Assembly: GCA_002633005.1 (NCBI GenBank)
Contig: NMRA01000396.1
Span: 117,199 to 181,198, forward strand
Direction of reading: 5' to 3'
Source of the DNA: Phoronis australis
Taxonomy: Eukaryota > Animalia > Phoronida
DNA: 64,000 nucleotides
Shown: positions 1 through 10,113 of the stretch, piece by piece
Position numbering within the stretch: the first letter of the stretch is position 1
How the letters are laid out: every line of letters begins with the position of its first letter
The notes under the pieces: model-generated
What the model was told of the DNA's origin: nothing
Databases searched by the model: none
What the model saw: only the letters and a program-made list of their open reading frames with translations
Translations under genes and position numbers: made by a program

Positions 1-159
1 TGACAAAAAGGTTCAAGTATTATATTTTGAAGTGAGTTCATGACCCAAGACAATAACTCGTTACCTGTATTGTAATTCAGATTGCTAAACCCCCGTCTCG
101 GAGTCCCGGCGTCGTTGCACTCGTTGTGATCATCGATCTTTTTCTAAAAGTCAGGGAAT

Positions 160-366
160 CGCGCGTTTCCTTAGCAATAGGCGCTAAATCTTCATTCTTT
201 AAAAGTCGGGGATGGGCGCTTAACCGAGAGGTGGGCGCTTAACTGGAAATCTTAAAAAATTGCAGGGAGCGCTTAACTGAGCAGTGGGCGGTTAAATCGA
301 AAATCCACTTAAAGTCGGGGATGGGCGGTTAACTGAACATGGGCGTTAACCCGAACGATTACGGTA
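160..366. mobile_element. Right end of a pogo/Tc1-mariner-type non-autonomous DNA transposon with subterminal repeats
   Basis: Ends TTACGG followed by TA (359-366). About six GGGCG(C/G)TTAA repeats lie in 180-350. The left end is not identifiable in the window. Confidence 0.5.
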
Positions 367-3300
367 GTATTTTAGGTACAGAAGGCATTTTGGTCATGTC
401 TTGGTATCTCAATTGTGTCCGGTAGATGTAGCAAGGTTAATTGACATGGCTTTGTTCAAGTTCTTGTAAAAACAGTGAACTCAATCCTATGACGCATTGA
501 TTCTATATCAGAATTTATAACCGCCCAATCGTCTCAATGAACATCCTTTTTGCTGAAAACTCCTGAGCTGAGCACGCTTGGAAAAACGTCTGCTTACACT
601 GGAGTGAATTTGCAATGTCTGTAAGATCATGCATTTTATATATACACAGGAAACTACTGTACAGTAGGTCTAAGGAACGCCCTCTCGTTGTGTTTTCGAA
701 CAGCGATTAAACGTTAATGAATAAAAATATACGCACTCAGGTTCAGTTCAGGTTAGTGTCATCAATTCTGGATTGACTATTGGCTCAGATTTTTTTGCAG
801 ACGACTAAATGGTTCACTTTTAGAGAAAAGAAGGACATGCGTTCAGTGTCATATTAATACCCAGGTACAAGATCACGATTGGTCAGGCTGCATTGTGTAA
901 CATACAAAAAGTCGGTTTCATTTGATTTTTAGACGTTTAAATACCAGCCAAACTTGAGTTCAGCAACTTTAAATTTAAAATAAGGTCTCACTTCCGCACA
1001 GTTATTTCACCAACTGTAATAACGCCTACTATAAAACGAATTACTACAACGTAAACGAACATGTGCTAAATACCTAAGGCATGGGTACCACATAAATCAA
1101 GATCTTCCTGTCTTATTTCAGACCGCCATTGAGATAACTTAGACCAATGTATCTTAGCCAAGTTTCATAACATTTCCTGTGTCCAAACTAGGACTGAAAT
1201 CGACCAACAGGTCAGCATAAAACATTACCAAATAGGATGTCAACTATATTCTCTATTGCATATTTGTAGAATTGTGAGCACATTGTTGGTTTTGTAATGC
1301 TGTCGTTAGTTTCAACACTATGTTAGTCAATTTTTGGCATAGATAAAAACCGAGATTGGCCTCCGAGGTCAATTCTCAATATCATCGAGCATTTATATGC
1401 AAGGATGGTTTTACGCAACGTATTTGATTTGAGGACCGATTCCTGTTTATTCTAATTAAACTCGGGTACAGTTTTAAATTCATTACTAAAAATGCAATTA
1501 GTCAAGGAAGGCCTTCTGATGAAGATGAAATGATAAAAAATACAATGGTGAGTAAAGAACGACATTAATTATCTTAAAGAGATAGGAATTTAGTCGATTC
1601 CCTATTTAGGACTGATTCCAGAAACCCAACTTTGGTCTCAATGATCAACATATACGACTACCATCACTATAAAATATTGAGAATATTAACTGAGCCGGAA
1701 CCTTTGGTATCAAGTCTTACCTCAACTTTCATGAAACTGGCCTTGTGTTTTACAGCACCCTATTTCCAAAGGTGTACTTATAAGTACTAATTCACTGTTC
1801 TGAATAAACATATGTTAATTCCATGTGTACATAATGTACTTGTACCTCATCAGTCACGTGACCTATTATACAATAAACGGATATGTTATATTACAATTCT
1901 GTTGGTGACATACCTGTCGCACCAAACAAAATTGAATTAGCTAATGAAAATTGGGATCCTATATCTACATTCTCAACCAACAAGGATGACAAGTGTTCCA
2001 CATAACCGTTAACACAACAACTTGACACTCAGCACAGTGAATGAGGAATAACTCTGATATCGCATGAAACCTGCATACTGGTTTTACAATTATAAACACG
2101 TAGCTCATTCTCGCTTTGACACATTTCAATGAAAAGTGTCATCTGGGATGATTCGCACTCAAATAACTTACGTCGGATGTTAAAAGTCAGGGCAAGACTT
2201 TCTCTGTCGATAGATTACTCCTTCTGTTCAGCCTGTATTGGAGTAATTCATTAATTATCGATAAGAAGAACTTGAGACTGAATCAGAAACGTTAGCAGAA
2301 AAAGATGCATAATTATTTCCATTCATCATATAAGTTAAAATAGCTAAAAATACATTCTAAATATATATAATTAATTCAACTAGCACCGAAATCGAGGCGT
2401 TCATGTCAATAAGACATCGGGTGAAAAACGCATTTTGCGATTATTGTGGACTAAGAAGGACTCAATCTTCAGTTTATTGGCTTTGGCCATAGCAATTAAG
2501 CATCAGATCCCGTTGCGTCATGAGATTCTCCTACAAATTGTCAATTCTCGTCATTTCTGTTGGATATTCAATAAAATGGAGGCCTATGTCTTCATCGGGT
2601 TAAACAGGCTTAAAACGCTCTGTCACTTATTGAATTGAATTGAGTTCTGCCGGTAAAGCGATTTCGTGCTGAGGCTGATCTCAGAAAATCTTTTTCTCAT
2701 AAATAATATTCCTTAACACTCTCACCATGACAGGATCCATCAGCATTTCAGCATACACTTATATGTATAACGTGTGAAACACTCGTGAATTTTGTTTTTG
2801 AAGAATAAATTGTGTAAAAAGACAAATAGAGACAATAATTAAGCTAAGAACTTTATCAGCCAATGGTAGAAAAAATGCCGAAGAGTGGAAGTGGAATAAA
2901 ACATAAATATTTTGGTCGTTTTTCTTCCTTCAATAATATCTGACGGAATGTTCTAATGTGTTCACCTTATTTTCGTCCTCCATTCGGTATTATACTTACC
3001 TTTTCAAACCCTTCTTACGTTGTGGTAGATAAACAATGTGTATGTAAACGACACATTGTCTTGTTTCCGTTAGTTTTGTACGTTGTTTGTGCACCAAGTA
3101 GAGCGTATTGTTCCGGTTTAAATCGAAGTTTCCTTCCAATTGAAGGATAAGTTTCCACACATTTGCCACCCTATCCTTAAGCGCTTTCCACTACACATGG
3201 CAGATTAAGTTCTTTCTCTTGATGCATTTTTGACAAATTGGTTATCTGTCACCGAAAATTTTAAAATGATAGGTAAGCACATGTATTTATAAACCCAGAT

Positions 3301-5052
3301 TGTATAAGACAGTTTGGTGTAAACCAAAAGCTTGGTTTACTGGCTGTGACCTTTCTAACATTCTAAACTGATTTGCTATTTTAACTACCTACATTTTCAA
3401 TATAGAATACCTGTTTCAATATTTTAGGAAAAGATTGGTGGCCTTCGCTATTCATGTATACTAATTGTTCCGCAATAATATTCCAAAATTCTTTTTGAAT
3501 TCAAAACATACTTACTTGCCATTCTACAGATCGTGTACCAACGGCTTCTGAGGATCGTAATAGTCCAACTGAATTGGAAGAGTTAATGTATAGCAGTCTT
3601 TTGATTGTTCTCGAACCGAAAGTTGATTTGTTCAATTATTCAGCAGATACATCCATCATTTGCTGATCCATTGCTTTATTTTTTCACAAATAACCGTTTT
3701 TTTTATAACCCGCAGTAATTTCAGTCGCTCATCCTTTCATAGAAATTATTATTGAAGACAAAGGACGCAGCACGACAGCCATTTCATTAACTTTTGCACA
3801 TGGAGGCAAGTTGGCAATGTGGAGGTCACGAAATAGAGGGTACTAAGAAACCACAGTAAATATCAATGTACCGGGTGGTTATGGCAGAACGGAAACGCTG
3901 GTTACCAGAGAGTACCAGGCGGGTACAGTGTCAGAATAAATGTTGATTAACTAATTGGTACAGGTAGTTCGATTTAAGTAGCCCAAAATTTCTGCATATG
4001 TACTTTTAAAACCATGCGGTCAAACTTGTTTACATGTATATGTATTTTTGACATCAGCATCTATTCTGAATGAGGTTTATCATTTTGGTTCTGGAGTCAA
4101 AGCAGTCTAAAGATTCTAGAAATTTCAGATATTAGATCGTATCAGCTAATAATATGATTAGACTAGATCATGTGGTTTTTATTAGCCAATGGTTAAGTAA
4201 GTACCGTGTTATAATTTGAGTAGAAGTCTAGAAAATATTCAGATGGGATTTGATGGTTGAATCTAGAAGACTTGCTACAGTGTATAGAAAAAAATGTGCA
4301 ACAGAGCCATCTCGTGGAAAGTAGAGAGAGAATCTTGGCAAGTGCCACATTTAACGAACAGGATAATAACTAAGAGCTACGAAAGGTTACACTGTCGATC
4401 GCTGCTTAATATGGTCTCTCATTTAGTTATTCCAATTTATTGAAATCTGACAAAGTCTCTTTCAGTTTATTGAGCACCTTTGACTTGAGTAGAAGCAATT
4501 CATTAAAACTTGCAGTGATCGAAGTATACAAAATCAAAAGAACCACGACCCAGTGGCTTTATCCCCAACAAGTACAATGCATGAAAGTGTGTGCAAGGGT
4601 AACGATGTGACTAGTGTACTTCCGACCAAGGCATGCGCATACAGTAGATGCTCACAGACGGAATTCTGTGTGTCGTTCATCATGTCTTCACACGGCAACT
4701 TTTCAGCTTAGGAGGCATTGTGTCAGAAAGTACGAGACTGTCAATTGTATCGTGGGTGGTAAGATACTGCCTGCAAGTGTTGCCTCACGAGGAACAGTGA
4801 CCAGCAAAAGGAATCGTGGGTAGAAGATACTGCCTCCATGTGTTGTGTCACGAGCAAGACTAATGTACACTCGTAGTTGCTTTACGTCAATGTTGCTGCA
4901 CTCAATTAAGAATATGTTTCACTTGTTTTGGCTAGAGTTTTTTACCTAAACATCATTCAACAAAGAATGGACTCACCGGAGACAGCTCAAGAGTTGTTAT
5001 CTCTGCGGCGAAGGATGTTAAAGTTGAGTATCCGATGAGTTGCCATCAGTCA

Positions 5053-5135
5053 CTGGTACGGTGCGCGGCTTTAGACGCTCTGCTGCTGGGTTAAACATCT
5101 TCTATAGGCCTAACTATCGCCAATTCCCGTACCAG
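5053..5135 (-). ncRNA. Twister ribozyme-like motif, type P5 permutation (degenerate)
   Basis: Minus-strand RNA: CUGGUACGG-GAAU-UGGC-GA-UAG-(20 nt)-UAA-CCCA-GC-AGCAGA-GCG-UCUAAAGC-CGC-GCA-CCGUACCAG. P5 is a perfect 9 bp, T1 is CUA/UAG and T2 is GC/GC. P2 has one mismatch and P1 is poor. Confidence 0.55.
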
Positions 5136-5234
5136 GATGAATTTCGAAAATAATTGACTTGGCTGCGTCAGATGTGATATGCGAGGTTGATGTTGAAATT
5201 GCGCCATATTTTTATGTTGATTTCCTTTGTTGGT

Positions 5235-6163
5235 TTATACTTCATATATTGCAATGTAGGCATCCAGGGGAGGCTTAGATGTACTTGTGACTGTAGAGTC
5301 GTCAAAATTTATCCATTCCCATGCTGACGATTTAACACAGCATGTGTAATGACCACCCGTCGTGTTTCTTCCATGGTGTTCAATGACTGCTTTTATTTTA
5401 CAGCCGGAGAGGTCATACGAGGAAATCTTTGTGTTGATTTTTTCACCATTAGTTGCGGTTCGTAAGATATGAATACATAGGTATTTTGGCGGTTTTACTA
5501 ATGACCATGCGAGCTGGCCACTGAGACTATTACAGTGCGGGCAACTAAAGTCCTCGATGTAAAACGACGTCCACAAGCTATGCCACAACTCCTGCATAGT
5601 TATTTCTTTCCTTAGCGTTGGGAGTTAGACGGTCAACTCCCAGTCTATCTGTGTTTTTCGTTTGCTGTTGAGCAGTTATTACAACTCCTAGTTTGCTTCT
5701 TTACGTGTTGTAAGGTACTAGTAACCTTAGACGTTACATTATCAGCGTTGTGAGCAAGTGTGTCTACGTGCCATTGGTTCAGTAACCATAGTAAAAATTC
5801 ATGGGCATCCTGTTGACTTCCGTTGCCAAGAGAGTTGTTCTGTAATCTTAGTTTATTCAAAATTTCAGACGGAGTTGATGTATACCTTTTAGTTGCTTCA
5901 TATGTGTTCACAAGGATGGTTTTCATATTGTTTTTCTTGTTGATATTGTATTTGTGCCAGTTGAGGTTGCATGAAAAGATAGCTTGAAGTGTAGAGTTCA
6001 CAAAACACGTGTTTCCAACATTGCATAGACCAAATCTCTTATCTTTTGTTGATTTTTCGTTTGTCTTCCTTGATATCGGGGATGACGAAGTAGTTAATTG
6101 TATAGTGTTCTCTGTTGAGTCATGATTGTGAATAGTTTCAACTCCACTTTGCGCTTCAATCAC
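5235..6163 (-). pseudogene. Ubiquitin-specific protease (peptidase C19) catalytic domain, with one frameshift and one stop near 5610-5660
   Basis: Cys box GLCNVGNTCFVNSTLQAI, QQDAHEFL box, zinc-ribbon CNNC/CPHC, PPKYLCIHILR, His box AVIEHHG..GGHYTCCV, WINFDDSTV and a terminal AYIAIY. Confidence 0.92.
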
Positions 6164-6660
6164 GGGCTTAGAAATGTTGCAGAGTTGCCGTTCCGTAAAT
6201 TGCTTGTTGTTTCTTGATAAATATATCGTATAGCTACATCTGAGAGCTTTCTGAGAGGCCGTTTGATCTGTTTGTTTTTTTTATTTCTTTGGGGACCTCG
6301 ACGAAATTCATTACCTTCTTTAATGATTTGTAGATGAAGCCTCTACTGCCAAATTCAACAGGAAACAGGACTGTTTGCATCCTGCGTTTTTACATTCTTC
6401 GACGAGATTTGTATATTTCATTCTTTTCCTCAGGTGTGCTGATTCCATATTGTCTTCTGCTGGTATTGTAAGTTCTATTAAAACTGCTGTTTCTGCCTGA
6501 ATTGACCATAACACAATGTCAGGTCTTAATGCCGAATCTGCCGAATTTCAGATGGGAATATAAGAGGCGTTTCTGTACAATCTTTAATTAGTTTCCAGTC
6601 GTTGGTCTTGGCCAGGAAGTGGGCCTGTTCTTTGAATTTCGGCTCTGTTCTGTTATTGTC
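6164..6660 (-). pseudogene. Restriction-like endonuclease domain (frameshifted)
   Basis: RPDIVLWS, IELTIPAE, RKxxKY and PVEFGSRG motifs. ORF 6320..6514 plus adjacent frames. Confidence 0.9.
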
Positions 6661-7949
6661 GACGTACAAACAATAAATTAATTACGGTATTTAATCATTC
6701 TCTCTCCATCTACGAACAATTTTAAGGCATAGATACATTTAAACTTGCCCACAGTCAACATCTAACATACACGACACCACATGGGCTTGAGAAAATCGAC
6801 AAGTATACTGCGAAGATCTAGCTGGTACAAAGGCTGGCAAATGGGCTAAAGTATAATATACAGTACGTTGCCCTGTAAATGGGCTGGTGACAGTGAAAGA
6901 ACTATATGCTTTCGGCCTAAATTCTTTTGTGGAAATTAAACCCTGGCTGGTGATCAAGTAAATATTTGACTGCAACGGCAGGTGCACGCAAAGATAATTC
7001 TGTCTATCCTAACATTCAAAACAACAATGTCACTAACACGCCAGAAGATCAAGTATTTATACAACACTAGATAATTGACAAAAACCTGTAATAACCAGTC
7101 CGTGGTCCCAGGGAACCTACATAACAATGACACATAGTAATAAAGATCCCATTTCTTACTCAGTGGTTTAATGGTGCAGTGCACTGCAAACAATAGCCCA
7201 ATGGTTACAAAAATACTCAGTTTGTCCTCAAATGTGTAACAGAATTATTTTTTTCTAGGTGGATATAAAGAACTGGACCCAAATGGAAATAAGGTTTTAT
7301 TCAAAATAGTTACAAGATTTCTTTATTATTTAGTATTAAATCTCTTTGTGTGAGTCGATAAAATGGTATACATGGAAAATAACCTAATGTGTTTGAAAAT
7401 GATTTATTTATATTCGTAATCATGTCATTGTAATCTCTACATTAGTTTGATAATTTATGTATTTGTGTATACTGCAACTGTACATTTTCTTTTCATTTGT
7501 TTAGCCCAGATACAATGCCCCTTGGAGCTTTCTGTGTCTGTATATTCATTGTACTGAACATTTCATAATGAACATTAAAAAAATGTGCTTCGAGAAAAGA
7601 AACAACAAATAAGTGTCAGGGATAGAAGCTCAATCACCCCACTCCAAACACGTTTGCACGTCTTCGTGTTAATACATTTTCGAATACAATAAAACATTTT
7701 CTATCACATAATCCCTTCTAGCTGCCATGTCGTTTGTCACTTTCCAAATGGGAGTTACAATCTTAAAAACAAACATTGGTGTAAAAGTACCTTTGTCAAG
7801 TAATATTTCAAGCACCGTTAATGTCTGTGACTACTCTGAACATCCACTTTCAGCATACTGAGATATCACGAAATCTCCCCGAGACATCACAACGGATTGT
7901 TCCTCATTCGAGTTGATCGGCGTAACTTATAAGATACTCGTGTCTGTGC

Positions 7950-9480
7950 TACATGAACCTCTTCTCAGACATCAGTGGTGAAAGCCTCTAGGTCAACTTC
8001 CGTAACTTCATTATCAGGATCAGAATACTCACTTTAATCGTCGACAATAGACTTTAGTTCCTTTCACACTCTATTTTGATCATGATCGCCACCTTGAAGT
8101 GCAAAAACATCCTCAGCACTGAATTCAACATTGTCCACTAGAATGTAGAAATGGTCATGGGAACCATTTGATGCATCACAGTTCTTCAGCCAATTGGTAG
8201 ACACCCTATCAGGGCAAACATCGCCAATGTTGTTGCTCGTTTTGCATGCTATTTGTGAATTGTCCAATACAAACGATGGTCAAAATTAAACTTCGATACA
8301 CAGTCTGTTCTGGCCCAACCCATCTTCCTTAGATACTACAAACACAGGGGCATCTGCTGCTTTCGCGCCTGACGATATCTTCCACAGATGCTCAGTTTTG
8401 TGTTTACCATCAAACGCTACCATCCTTAACAATACAGTATTTACAAGGTGGCACCCGTGTACATCGTAGTTGGACTCTGTGTAATTGTCCTTATGCTTTT
8501 GATGAGCTTTTCTTGCTTTTTATAGCCAAACCTCACGCTTCCTTCAAATCGCCATTAAAGAGGTTCCATGTATTTTATACGCGTTAGCGTAGGCCTACTA
8601 AACCCCAACTCAAAGCCCAAACCTGTTAAAAGCTGAGGTTCATGCCCAAACATAAACAGAAATGGTGATCGATCTAAGAATTCGTGTCTGGTACAATTGT
8701 AGGGATGGGTCAAAGCAGGCAGATGACATTTCCAGTTTTTCTTTTTATCTGGATCCAATGCTATCAGAGCGTTCAAATACCCCTTTACCGAACGATGTTA
8801 ACTAGTTTTTGCTTTAACTATTACTGAGATTTTAAAAAATTCGGCAATTAGTTTATTTGAAACGCTTCGGGAAACCATAATTAGTCATGAAATTGTTGAA
8901 ACTATATTTGCGGTGTTTCTAATCTTTTGATTTTTTGTCGTGGTAGCTCGTGCAAATCAAATGAAGTGATGTGTTAGCACACGTACATTCTGGAAACCCC
9001 TTTCCGATGACTCTAACGTGGAAAATCACTCATACTAACGTTGAGTACTTGCAATTCTCAATAATGGTGCTTCATTAGTAAGTGGACCTGCCTTTGTCTT
9101 CACACATCTATCGCCCCCTTTCCGATGACTCTAACGTGAAAAATCACTCATACTAACGTTGAGTACTTGCAATTTTCAATAATGGTGCTTCATTAGTAAG
9201 TGGACCTGCCTTTGTCTTCACACATCTATCGCGTTGTTGAGTCCAGTTATCCAGTAAATGCAATATCTTTCTAGAGGAAACGTCTTTTGTCAACCACAAC
9301 GACCACATTAACTATGGAGATGCTGCAATGCTCTTGAAATAATCTGTTTAAGCAAAACCAGCTGCAAACTTGACTTCCCATTAACTTGTCATTTACGGCA
9401 CAATACCCCTTGTTTCAGTCTAAGACTATCAAACATACATAGTACCACGCATAAATTACTGTCTCTACTCGCTGAAAGCT
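7950..9480 (-). mobile_element. Degenerate Ty3/Gypsy integrase region (relic shared between duplicated units)
   Basis: LDPDKKKNWKCHLPALTHPYNCTRH..SPFLFMFGHEP integrase C-terminal motif. A homologous relic lies at 45530-46760. Confidence 0.75.
8997..9232. repeat. 118-bp tandem duplication (2 copies)
   Basis: TTTCCGATGACTCTAACGTG...CACATCTATCGC starts at 9001 and again at 9119, near-identical. Confidence 0.9.
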
Positions 9481-10113
9481 GATAAAGCTTACCTATTTCC
9501 TAAAACCAATTCAATGAGCGATTCGGTGAGCGACGTGAGACGGACCGGCACAACTAGTGTACGGTGCCCGTGGCGTCTAGATCAACCACATCACAGAGAA
9601 GGCGCTGAGCCGGGGGAAGCATATCAGTCGACCCGCAGTGGCCACCACAGGCATTTGAAATATTGGATTGCCAAACTCAGTCGAGCTGAGGACACGGTGT
9701 GCAAAAAGTGAGGTCTGGATGGCTCACTGATCTGCTCATTGCATGACGAACTGTCCTCTTCGCTTGGTGTCAAACTGGGCCTGTGTTCACTCCCACTAGT
9801 CAACATCACAGCAGAGCTGCTTGCAGGCTTTGGGCTATAATATGTACAACCCGGTACGCAGCATCAGTGTGGCATGTTGTCTGACTCGTAAACATAAGCA
9901 AACAAGGACCGAACTTATCACAATCGAGGGAGCTCTCACAGTCAGACTAAAAAAAGAAATCGGAGCACAATTCTTGCCTCCCAAAACGTCAATTCCGGAG
10001 AAGATAACGAATAATTAACTAAATTGCTAAGACCTGTAATTATGTGGAAAATATGTCTGAGATAATCAACAAACCTTATTTTTGCTAAAATGGCATAAAA
10101 AAGGTTGCCTTCG

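Larger units (their letters stand above)
4950..6662 (-). mobile_element. 5'-truncated RLE-clade (HERO-like) non-LTR retrotransposon with C-terminal USP domain
   Basis: Across frameshifts it reads NDWKLIKD..PLIFPSEI/ADSALRPDIVLWS..VLIELTIPAEDNMESAHLRKRMKY..LVEEC/FPVEFGSRGFI/ALRCSYTIYLSR, a PD-(D/E)xK RLE domain. The USP domain and a structured 3' UTR follow. The 3' boundary is approximate. Confidence 0.85.
3929..6767. mobile_element. Old TGT...ACA terminal-inverted-repeat element (Ginger-like termini) hosting the RLE-USP retroelement
   Basis: Absent from the paralogous unit at about 44825, where the two flanks are contiguous. Left end TGTCAG..ATGTTGATT resembles the right-end reverse complement TGTTAGATGTTGACT. 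Flanks are TACAG (3924-3928) and TACAC (6768-6772). Confidence 0.45.

Noticed and set aside
4750-4856. CRISPR-like repeat-spacer array
   Set aside because: Only two divergent repeats, in a eukaryotic context with no cas genes.
5040-5150. Hammerhead reading of the same 3' UTR (GAAAUUC and CUGAUGG on the minus strand)
   Set aside because: Stems I and II cannot be formed. The twister arrangement fits better.
5619-5662. Possible programmed -1 frameshift in the USP domain (A-run followed by a strong hairpin TGGGAGTT..AACTCCCA)
   Set aside because: The heptamer is not canonical in frame, the spacer is about 11 nt, and the shifted frame hits a TAA within the hairpin. Ordinary decay is the simpler explanation.
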